This document shows positions 56,555-64,000 of a DNA stretch of 64,000 bases, piece after piece (positions within the stretch are counted from its first letter, which is position 1; each line of letters opens with the position of its first letter). This stretch comes from an uncultured Candidatus Saccharibacteria bacterium (GTDB lineage Bacteria; Patescibacteriota; Minisyncoccia; UBA6257; Colwellbacteraceae). Under the pieces are notes generated by a model. That model did not search any database. It saw nothing but the letters and a program-made list of their open reading frames with translations, and was not told the origin of the DNA. Made by a program: the position numbers and the translations under genes. The stretch spans positions 6,526-70,525 of the forward strand of contig CAYHTW010000001.1 in the NCBI GenBank assembly GCA_964360065.1, written 5' to 3'.

Positions 56555-57157
56555 TTACAAACGTCTGTCCAAGGCGCTCCTTAAAGTTTCATCGTCGGCA
56601 AACTCTATTTCTCCGCCGGTAGGAATACCGCGTCCCAGTTTGCTAATTTTAAGAGCCATACCATCCATTTCTTTGGTTATCATAGACGCGTTAAGGTCTC
56701 CATACGTACTGGGGTTAATAGCTACTATGATTTCTTCGGCTTTACCACCCAATTCTTCACCTATCCAGGCCTTGAGGCTCTGTAAGCGCAACTTCTGCTC
56801 TGTCTCCAGAACTCCGTTCTTCCTCAGGTCCCCCAAGATAAGATACCTGCCTTCAAAGTTGCCGGTACTTTCTAAGGACATTAAATCTGTCTCTTTTTCC
56901 ACAATAGCTATAACTCTCTGGTTGCGCTTAGGGTTGCGGCAGATTTCGCAATATCCATCGGCGTTCTCGTGGATATAAAAGCACTGTTTGCAGATTTTAA
57001 TATTCCTTAAATTAGCCAAAGTCTTCGCGGCTTCGGTTTCATAAGCTAGGCCTTGATGGATAAAATAAAAAGCTAACCTCACTGCTTGTCTGGGACCTAT
57101 GCCAGGAAGCTCAGAGAAAATATCTACGAACTTTTTAATAACCTCCGGTATTCTCAT
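56555..57157 (-). CDS. recR: Recombination protein RecR
   Basis: LPGIGPRQA.R, CxxC..CxxC, GIPTGGEIEFAD. Confidence 0.93.
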   Translation of the reverse strand: MRIPEVIKKFVDIFSELPGIGPRQAVRLAFYFIHQGLAYETEAAKTLANLRNIKICKQCFYIHENADGYCEICRNPKRNQRVIAIVEKETDLMSLESTGNFEGRYLILGDLRKNGVLETEQKLRLQSLKAWIGEELGGKAEEIIVAINPSTYGDLNASMITKEMDGMALKISKLGRGIPTGGEIEFADDETLRSALDRRL

Positions 57158-58505
57158 TTCTTTTATCTAAACTGCTGAAACTGGCGCGGTTCTTATCAAA
57201 GAAAAGTCCCACCGAACCAGTTGGACCATTCCTGTGCTTAGCCACAATAATTTCAACGATATTCTGTTCATCCGGAGGCGTGTCGGGTCCACGGTCTTTA
57301 GGATGGATTAACATCACCACGTCGGCATCTTGTTCAATTGAACCTGATTCTCTTAAGTCGGAAAGTCGGGGCATTTTACCTTCTCTCTGGTCCACGGCGC
57401 GTGAGAGCTGGGAGACAGCGATAACCGGCACGTTAAGCTCCCTGGCAATAGACTTGAGGCCACGCGAAATTTCCGTGACCTGCTGGACAATCGATTCGTA
57501 GTTGGTTCTGCCCTGGATAAGCTGCAAGTAATCCACCACTAAAAGAGCCAACCCCTTGTGTTCGGCTTGCAGGCGTCTGGCCATACTCCTTATTTGGATA
57601 ATGTTCGGGGAAGGAGTGTCGTCTATAAATAACGGGGCACGGGACAGCCTGTCTAGCCCTGATTGCACCATTTCAAAATCAACTTCTTCTTTAAGCCTGC
57701 CCGTCCTTAACTGCCAAAGATCCACACCGGACTCAGCCGCAATTAATCTATCTACAACCTGTTCACGGCTCATCTCCAAAGAGAAGATTCCGACAGGAAG
57801 ATTATGTTTAACAGCGGCGTTGCGGGCAATATCCAGACAAAACGAAGTTTTTCCGTATGATGGTCTAGCTCCAACGATGATAAGATCCGACTTCTGTAGA
57901 CCGGAGAGAATATTGTCCAGTTCTATAAAACTGGTAGGCACGCCCCGCATCGCCCCTTTCTCTCCCTTGTGGAGATTCTCAATTCTCTCGTAAGCTCCTT
58001 TGAGTTCTTCGCTGATAGGCACGAAGTTCTTGAAAGTTCCATGCTGGGAAATACCAAAAATTCTTTGCTCTACCAAATCCAGTAAGCTATCTATGTCTTC
58101 GTTCTCGGGGTGAAAAGCTTTGTCGGTAATTTCGGCTGAAGCGTTAATTAATTCCCGCAAGATTCTTTTCTCTTTAACAATCTTGCCGTAGTGAAGAACA
58201 TGGGAAGAGGTAGGAACAGAATTAACTAGATCTGTTAAATAGGCCGACCCTCCTATTTCTTTTAAGATTTCATTTTTGCGAAGTTCGGCGGTAACGCTCA
58301 AAATATCAATTGGCTCGTGGCGTTCCCAAAGTTTAAAAATCGTTTCATAAATAAGAGAATGGGCTTTCTTGTAAAAATCACTGGGGTTAAGAATATCAAC
58401 GATAGTATAGATAGCGTCTTTGTCTATCATTAAAGCCCCGAGGACCGATTGCTCGGCGTCGAGGTCTTGTGGGGGCAGTTTAAGTAAATCTTTAGTTTTT
58501 GCCAT
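57135..58505 (-). CDS. dnaB: Replicative DNA helicase
   Basis: GARPSYGKT, FSLEM, DYLQL, SQLSR, DLRESGSIEQDAD; no intein. Confidence 0.96.
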   Translation of the reverse strand: MAKTKDLLKLPPQDLDAEQSVLGALMIDKDAIYTIVDILNPSDFYKKAHSLIYETIFKLWERHEPIDILSVTAELRKNEILKEIGGSAYLTDLVNSVPTSSHVLHYGKIVKEKRILRELINASAEITDKAFHPENEDIDSLLDLVEQRIFGISQHGTFKNFVPISEELKGAYERIENLHKGEKGAMRGVPTSFIELDNILSGLQKSDLIIVGARPSYGKTSFCLDIARNAAVKHNLPVGIFSLEMSREQVVDRLIAAESGVDLWQLRTGRLKEEVDFEMVQSGLDRLSRAPLFIDDTPSPNIIQIRSMARRLQAEHKGLALLVVDYLQLIQGRTNYESIVQQVTEISRGLKSIARELNVPVIAVSQLSRAVDQREGKMPRLSDLRESGSIEQDADVVMLIHPKDRGPDTPPDEQNIVEIIVAKHRNGPTGSVGLFFDKNRASFSSLDKRNENTGGY

Positions 58506-59868
58506 TAGTAACGCGAGGGCCTTTTTCCGTATCCTCTAACTTATATCCTAGACTTTCTATCTTTACCCTCAAAGCGTCAGCCTGAATAAACTGTTTATGA
58601 GCCCTTAAGCTCTCGCGCTCGGCTACCAGCTTGTTTATCTCCTCCGGGACAACCTTCTTCGCCGGTTTAGGCTTAATTAATCCAAAACCCAAGACAGTAT
58701 CAAAGTTTTTAACGAGTTGCTTGCGATGAGCCCCAGAGAGCTTTTTATCTCCCACCACGGCCCACAGAACACTTAAGGCCTTAGGAGTATTCAAATCATC
58801 GGCCAAGGCTCCGCTAAAATACGCCCAGTACTTAATGGTAGCTTTGCTGGAATACTCTTTATCGGATTTAGACTTATCCACTGGCACATCTTTATCCAAG
58901 ATGGCCATAAGGTTATTTAAAGACTTTTCGGCAGATTTCAGAGATTTCCAAGTGAAGTTTAGTTTTTTTCTATATTGAGTTCCTAGGACCAAATAGCGGA
59001 AACTTAAAGGGCTTATGCCTTTCTCTTTCAAATCTTTAAGAGTGAAGAAATTTTTTAAAGACTTGGACATTTTCTTGCCATCAATCAGGACATGTTCGCC
59101 TTCTAACCAAAACCTGGCGAATTTTTTACCGGTGGCACCTTCGGACTGCGCAATTTCATTTTCATGGTGCGGGAAAACCAGATCCACGGCACCGGTATGA
59201 ATATCAAAAGTGGGTCCGAGGTACTTCATGCTCATAGCCGAGCATTCAATGTGCCAGCCCGGGCGCCCGTAACCCCAGGGACTTTTCCAAAACGGCTCGC
59301 CTGGTTTATTGGTTTTCCAGAGAACGAAGTCGGTGGCATCGTTTTTGGAATACTCGTCTGCCTCAACTCTTACCCCAGTCTTCAACTCTCTTTTTTTAAG
59401 GCCGGAGAGTCTGCCATAGTTTTTAAATTTAGCAATATTGAAATAAACAGAATTATCTTTACTTTGGTAAGCAAATTTCTTTTTTATCAAAATGCTTATC
59501 AAATCAATCATTTCCTTGATGTGAGCCGTGGCTCTCGGATAAACTTCGGCTTTCTCGATATTAAGTTCCTTAATATCATTGAAAAAAACTTCACTGTAAC
59601 GAGAAGTCACAACGTCAATACCGACGCCTTCTTCTTTGGCACGTTTGATAATTTTATCATCAACGTCGGTCAGGTTCATTGCCTGATGCACTTGGTAACC
59701 TTCGTGCTTCAGATTCCTCCTTAGGATATCCTCAAAAATGTAGGTTCTAAAGTTACCGATATGCGCATGGTCATAAACCGTAGGTCCGCAAGTATAAAGG
59801 CCAACTTGCTTACCTTTAAGAGGCTTAAAGCTCTCTTTTTTGCCAGAAAGGTAGTTATACAGAAACAT
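58492..59868 (-). CDS. cysS: Cysteinyl-tRNA synthetase
   Basis: CGPTVY, HIGN, GRPGWHIECSAM, KMSKS. Confidence 0.96.
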   Translation of the reverse strand: MFLYNYLSGKKESFKPLKGKQVGLYTCGPTVYDHAHIGNFRTYIFEDILRRNLKHEGYQVHQAMNLTDVDDKIIKRAKEEGVGIDVVTSRYSEVFFNDIKELNIEKAEVYPRATAHIKEMIDLISILIKKKFAYQSKDNSVYFNIAKFKNYGRLSGLKKRELKTGVRVEADEYSKNDATDFVLWKTNKPGEPFWKSPWGYGRPGWHIECSAMSMKYLGPTFDIHTGAVDLVFPHHENEIAQSEGATGKKFARFWLEGEHVLIDGKKMSKSLKNFFTLKDLKEKGISPLSFRYLVLGTQYRKKLNFTWKSLKSAEKSLNNLMAILDKDVPVDKSKSDKEYSSKATIKYWAYFSGALADDLNTPKALSVLWAVVGDKKLSGAHRKQLVKNFDTVLGFGLIKPKPAKKVVPEEINKLVAERESLRAHKQFIQADALRVKIESLGYKLEDTEKGPRVTNGKN

Positions 59869-59876
59869 TATCTGCC

Positions 59877-59885
59877 ATTATAGCA
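59877..59885 (-). promoter_or_regulatory. Extended -10 for predicted leaderless cysS
   Basis: TGc-TATAAT-N8-ATG. Confidence 0.6.
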
Positions 59886-59903
59886 TAAAAATAAGCGACT
59901 ACT

Positions 59904-60215
59904 TTAGCCGCTTATCTTAGTTATTTGCGCTTCGGTGAAATGTTGACGGTGCCCTTTCAGCTTCCTGTACCTGGCTTTGGCATGGTATTTGAAGACAATC
60001 TTTTTCCTGTCTCTGCCTTGGCGAACAAGTTTGGCCTCTACGACAGCCCCCTTAACATAGGGCCTGCCTACGGTAACGACGCCGTTGTTATCAATGAGTA
60101 AGATTTTATCAAAAACCATAAGCTTGTCTAATTCAGCCTCGATTTTAGAAACTTTAATTTTATCGCCTGCGGACACTTTGTACTGTTTCCCGCCGGTTTC
60201 AAGAATGGCAAACAT
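59904..60215 (-). CDS. rplU: 50S ribosomal protein bL21
   Basis: MFAILETGGKQYKV, GHRQ; start moved to MFAI. Confidence 0.95.
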   Translation of the reverse strand: MFAILETGGKQYKVSAGDKIKVSKIEAELDKLMVFDKILLIDNNGVVTVGRPYVKGAVVEAKLVRQGRDRKKIVFKYHAKARYRKLKGHRQHFTEAQITKISG

Positions 60216-60233
60216 GATGGCTCCCATATTAAT

Positions 60234-60563
60234 TTAATTAATGACGGAAATCAAGTAAACGGCGGTTAGGGCAATAAGAGAGACGGCTAGTGAGATGGAG
60301 GCGAAGACATAGGTAAAAATCTTGTCTTTCAGGTAAAGCCTCCAAGAAAGAATCCAGTTTAGTAGAACGATGACGGTGGCAATACCAATAACATTAAAAA
60401 CGTTGCCTATCTCACCTACTAAATCGGCGCGTCCGGCACTGTCAAAGTGAAGAATCACCAAACCACCAATACCGTAAAAGTGAATACTAGTGAATAGTAA
60501 GGCAAAAACAAGCAACACCAGGCTAGCCACGAAAAGTACGCTAATTTTCAAATCTTTTAACAT
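60234..60563 (-). CDS. Small three-TM membrane protein (DUF1648-like)
   Basis: ILHF..G..D..G motif between TM helices. Confidence 0.65.
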   Translation of the reverse strand: MLKDLKISVLFVASLVLLVFALLFTSIHFYGIGGLVILHFDSAGRADLVGEIGNVFNVIGIATVIVLLNWILSWRLYLKDKIFTYVFASISLAVSLIALTAVYLISVIN

Positions 60564-60565
60564 TG

Positions 60566-60637
60566 CAGCCCCACGGAGAATCGAACTCCGATTTGAGCCT
60601 TGAGAAGGCTCCGTCCTAACCGTTAGACGATGGGGCC
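60566..60637 (-). tRNA. tRNA-Glu(CTC)
   Basis: Acceptor GGCCCCA/TGGGGCT, anticodon arm GAGCC-TTCTCAA-GGCTC, T-arm CGGAG-TTCGATT-CTCCG. Confidence 0.94.
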
Positions 60638-60654
60638 GTGCAGTAAATATAAGA

Positions 60655-60712
60655 AATAAAATCTAAAATCTCAAATCTGTAATTAAAATTTTATTTTTGA
60701 GCTTTGAGGTTT
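60655..60712. repeat. Degenerate heptamer arrays in inverted arrangement
   Basis: tctaaaa tctcaaa tctgtaa ... tttgagc tttgagg. Confidence 0.4.
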
Positions 60713-62006
60713 AATCTTTAAGATTCTTAAGCCACTTACCGTATTGGCGAACCAATAGTTTTTTAGCTTGCCGTGGTTCGGACATTATCTCCATAACGAT
60801 ACGTTCCATCCGCATGGACTGCGAACCCTTAATCAATATTAGATCTTTGGGCTCAATAATGTCTTTGATGTTCTTAGCCACTTCTTCGGCATCTGCGAAA
60901 CTGTAGATATTTTTTAGGGGGTGACCGTGCTTCCTAGCACCATCGGCTATAAACTTACCTTTGCCTCCTACGGTCACAAGCACATCGGCAGCTCCGACAA
61001 CCAACTTCCCCGCTTCTTCGTGAGCATGGTTGGTGTATTGGCCTAGTTCAGCCATATCTCCCAAGATAGCCACTTTCCTATGAGCCGGAAGATCTTTTAA
61101 GACTTCCAAAGCCGAGATAACCGCGATCGGTGAAGAGTTGTAAGTGTCATCTATGAGGTTGGTGTTTTTCACTCCATTTAAGAGACGACATCTACCTGGC
61201 TCACCATGGTATTGACTAAGAGCTTCCGAGATTTTAACCAAATTCATACCCTTAATCAAACCAACGGCAGCGGCGGCAGCCGCAGAATAAGCCTTGGCCC
61301 TACCGAGAGACCCATCTATTTTAACTGGCACAAAGTTGTCTCCAGTTTCCAGCTTGAATGATATTCCAAGAGGTTTGCCGTCTTCACTCCTATTCATAAA
61401 GCCACTAATCCTTAAATCGGCTCCAGCCAAGAATCCATAAGTCGTAACATTACTCTTAGTCAAATCTTTCATATCCGCCACGAAATGATCGTCAAGGTTA
61501 AGGACAACGTTCCCTCCAAGACCAATAGATGAAGCAAGTTTTCCCTTCTCTCTAGCCACGCCTTCCGGCCCGTCGTAAAACTCCACGTGAACCGGAATAT
61601 CTCCCACGGCAGTCACCACAGCCAAGTCTGGTTTAGCAATATCCAAAAGATAATCCATGTCTCCCGGCTTATCTGCGCCGTATTCCAGAATAAGTATTTT
61701 GGGATAATTCTTTCTCCAGATAAGACCGCAAGAACCGAAAAGTAAAACCTTGAGCCAGAAAGAAGTTCCTCCGGAGGCTTTATAATCCCCCAGAATAACA
61801 AGAGGGAGCCCAAGTTCGTTATTTAAGTTGCCTTGGCCCATACGGACAGAAAAACTGGAGCTCAAGACGTAATAGATAGCCGACTTAGTGGAAGTTTTAC
61901 CGGCGCTTCCTGTCACTCCAATTATGAAAGGCCTATACCTTTTAACAGTGAGCCGTGCTAAGACTTTTAAAACGCTTTGTAATTTTCCGATTAAATATTT
62001 TTTCAT
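60711..62006 (-). CDS. murF: UDP-MurNAc-tripeptide--D-Ala-D-Ala ligase
   Basis: GVTGSAGKTSTK, NLNNELGLP, DDTYNSSP, LGDMAELG, KGSQ; start moved to MKKY. Confidence 0.93.
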   Translation of the reverse strand: MKKYLIGKLQSVLKVLARLTVKRYRPFIIGVTGSAGKTSTKSAIYYVLSSSFSVRMGQGNLNNELGLPLVILGDYKASGGTSFWLKVLLFGSCGLIWRKNYPKILILEYGADKPGDMDYLLDIAKPDLAVVTAVGDIPVHVEFYDGPEGVAREKGKLASSIGLGGNVVLNLDDHFVADMKDLTKSNVTTYGFLAGADLRISGFMNRSEDGKPLGISFKLETGDNFVPVKIDGSLGRAKAYSAAAAAAVGLIKGMNLVKISEALSQYHGEPGRCRLLNGVKNTNLIDDTYNSSPIAVISALEVLKDLPAHRKVAILGDMAELGQYTNHAHEEAGKLVVGAADVLVTVGGKGKFIADGARKHGHPLKNIYSFADAEEVAKNIKDIIEPKDLILIKGSQSMRMERIVMEIMSEPRQAKKLLVRQYGKWLKNLKD

Positions 62007-62007
62007 A

Positions 62008-63636
62008 TTAGTGACTGACGTTGTCGGGCGGGATATTGTAATAGTTAATGATGAATTGCGCCAGGTTCCTGAAGGCCGGCACAACGGTCTGACCAGCTAG
62101 TGGCGCTCCATCCGGCTTATCCAACTTAACTAAAATTATAAACTTTGGGTTATAAGCAGGAGTGAAGCCGATGTAAGTATTAATAACCTGGTCGCTGTAA
62201 CCGCCGTGGACGAAATCAGGCACCTGAGCCGTGCCAGTCTTGCCGGCTACGTTATAGCCATCTATATTAGCTACTTGGTTTTTGATAACCGAGCTAACCA
62301 TCATTTGCACTGTTTGCCGAGACGCTTCCTCGGAAATGATTCGGCCTAGTGTCTTCGGGACTTCGGCCGCGTTAATGTAGGGCTTCATCATCACTCCGTT
62401 ATTAGCGATAGAAGAAATTGCCTGCAATAAAGCGATAGGTGTCATAGAAATACCCTGACCGAAAGAAGCAGTAGCGAAGTTTATGTCACGTTTATCACTT
62501 TCAAGCGGCCGCAAACTTCCCACTACTTCTTCCGGCAAATCTATATCAGTTTTTTGCTTAAATCCAAATTTAGTAACGTAAGCGTAAAAACTATTATTAC
62601 CCATGGCACGCTCCGCAAACGCAGCTCCGGTGTTAAGAGATTGTTCTATGACACCTGTCATGGAAGTGAGCCCATGCGCTTTCAAATCCCAGTTCTTAAT
62701 AGTCTTACCATTAAGCTTAAGCGAACCAGTATCGTTGTAAGTGGTACTAGGCGTTACTGCGCGAGCGTCCAGAGCCGAGGACATAGTGATCAGTTTAAAA
62801 ATGGAACCAGGCTCATATACAGCTTGGACTGCCGGATTTAAAAAAGTCGCAACCTTGGAATCACTGTAATTATTCGGATTAAAATTAGGATTGCTTGCCA
62901 TCGCTAAGATTTTTCCGGTCTTCGGGTCTTCTACTATCACTGTTCCACTCTCGGCTTTATACTGCTTCATTAAACCGGCTAGAATATTTTCCGATTCTTC
63001 TTGAATCTTGCGATCTATGGTCAGGTTAATGTCTTTGCCATCTTGGGTTTTGGAAGTAATTCTGTCTCCATCTGAAGTCCCGGCTTTACCTCCCAACTGG
63101 GACTGGTAATAAAGTTCGGCCCCATACGCTGCGCCCACTTTGTCATCAGCAGAAACGAAACCAAGAAGCTGGGCCGCTAGTGTGCCTAAAGGATAAAAAC
63201 GGGCTGAGTTGTAGCCGATGTAGACTCCGCCAAGACCAGCACTTCCTATTTTATTCACCTGCTCGTCCGTGGCCCTCTTAACAATAAGCTCGTAGGGATC
63301 ACTTTTCTTATTGAGAATAGTTTCTACTTCTACTAATGTCTTATCGCTCACGCTAGCCAGGAGCTCAGCTATGCCTTCTCTTTCCTCGTCCACCACGTCT
63401 TTAGGGACAACGTAGATACTAGGATAGTCTCTGTTAATAGCGGCTGGAATGGCGTTCCCAGTTTTGTCTGTAAAGTAAATGTTGCCTCTTACCGGCTTGA
63501 GGCTTTGTTCTAAGGTAGAAAAGGCTTTAGCCTGGTGCTTCTCACCTTCGTTAACCTGTAAAACATAAAGTTTAAAAATTAGCGCCGAGTAAAGGAGTCC
63601 AAAGAAAGCTATTAGTACTGTGACGCGAACTGCCAT
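62008..63636 (-). CDS. ftsI: Division class B PBP (FtsI-like)
   Basis: RGNIY, YEPGSIFK, SLN, KTGTAQ; dcw context. Confidence 0.88.
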   Translation of the reverse strand: MAVRVTVLIAFFGLLYSALIFKLYVLQVNEGEKHQAKAFSTLEQSLKPVRGNIYFTDKTGNAIPAAINRDYPSIYVVPKDVVDEEREGIAELLASVSDKTLVEVETILNKKSDPYELIVKRATDEQVNKIGSAGLGGVYIGYNSARFYPLGTLAAQLLGFVSADDKVGAAYGAELYYQSQLGGKAGTSDGDRITSKTQDGKDINLTIDRKIQEESENILAGLMKQYKAESGTVIVEDPKTGKILAMASNPNFNPNNYSDSKVATFLNPAVQAVYEPGSIFKLITMSSALDARAVTPSTTYNDTGSLKLNGKTIKNWDLKAHGLTSMTGVIEQSLNTGAAFAERAMGNNSFYAYVTKFGFKQKTDIDLPEEVVGSLRPLESDKRDINFATASFGQGISMTPIALLQAISSIANNGVMMKPYINAAEVPKTLGRIISEEASRQTVQMMVSSVIKNQVANIDGYNVAGKTGTAQVPDFVHGGYSDQVINTYIGFTPAYNPKFIILVKLDKPDGAPLAGQTVVPAFRNLAQFIINYYNIPPDNVSH

Positions 63637-63905
63637 TGCGGATTTTTCTCGTAGATCATGCTTTGTTCAACAGCCAAAGCTTCCAGTCTGGAGGAATCTG
63701 TCATGGTGTAAAGTTGATTTTTCAACCCTGCGTTTTGCACCATGATTGTTTCCAAATCAGATTCATATTTAGCGATGTCGTGCCTCACACTCACTATCTC
63801 CGAATAAGTATATATGTAAAACACCGCTACGAGAATAAAAAGTCCGCCTAATGAGAACATTATTTTTATAAATCCGCTGTTCTTGTTTGGTTGTATAAGT
63901 GTCAT
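63612..63905 (-). CDS. FtsL-like bitopic protein
   Basis: One TM plus coiled coil, RLE.LA; lies between rsmH and ftsI. Confidence 0.65.
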   Translation of the reverse strand: MTLIQPNKNSGFIKIMFSLGGLFILVAVFYIYTYSEIVSVRHDIAKYESDLETIMVQNAGLKNQLYTMTDSSRLEALAVEQSMIYEKNPQWQFASQY

Positions 63906-63910
63906 TTGTT

Positions 63911-64000
63911 TTATTTCATTACTATCGCCCGCAGTTTCGCCGATCGACTCCTCGGATTATCTCTTTGCTCCTCAAGGTCGGCAGTAATTGGTTTCTTGGT
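63911..64000 (-). CDS. rsmH: 16S rRNA m4C1402 methyltransferase, C-terminal fragment (window edge)
   Basis: TKKPITADLEEQRDNPRSRSAKLRAIVMK*. Confidence 0.9.
   Translation of the reverse strand, partial: TKKPITADLEEQRDNPRSRSAKLRAIVMK

Noticed and set aside
1-64000. Alternative genetic code (UGA readthrough) and the many antisense ORFs in the track
   Set aside because: Conserved genes are full length under the standard code and several end at TGA; antisense ORFs mirror real genes.

Overview
64-kb core-genome segment of a reduced, AT-rich bacterium, most consistent with Patescibacteria/CPR (Parcubacteria-like). Supporting signs: no uL30 in the spc operon, short AspS lacking the GAD domain, split ComEC, sigma70-region-4/HARE-HTH protein, EF-P with an MQQR loop, tightly packed genes with few Shine-Dalgarno sequences. 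Almost everything is on the minus strand: the end of the dcw cluster (rsmH-ftsL-ftsI-murF), cysS-dnaB-recR, an expanded grpE-dnaK-dnaJ operon, secDF, a coupling-protein-like ATPase pair, efp-mnmA, cobO-comEC, aspS-ndk, the str/S10/spc superoperon, murA, two mreB paralogues, mreCD-pbp2 and glycolysis genes. RNA genes: RNase P RNA, tRNA-Pro(GGG), tRNA-Lys(TTT), tRNA-Glu(CTC), a probable compact 6S RNA and a candidate sRNA/leader before pgk. The most unusual signal is a set of 16-33 bp palindromic micro-insertions at tolerant sites: twice in RNase P RNA, in frame in aspS and tpiA, inside two broken tRNA half-copies, and at the prepilin cleavage site (GFT) of a pilin/tail-fibre-like chimera, where an 8-bp direct repeat regenerates the site. 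Also notable: reduced 50S proteins (uL3 internal deletion, truncated uL15 and uL5, uL23 loop loss), a tRNA overlapping the bL28 stop codon, and several predicted leaderless promoters. No CRISPR array, transposase, integrase or rRNA gene was seen. All calls are by eye; no searches were run.
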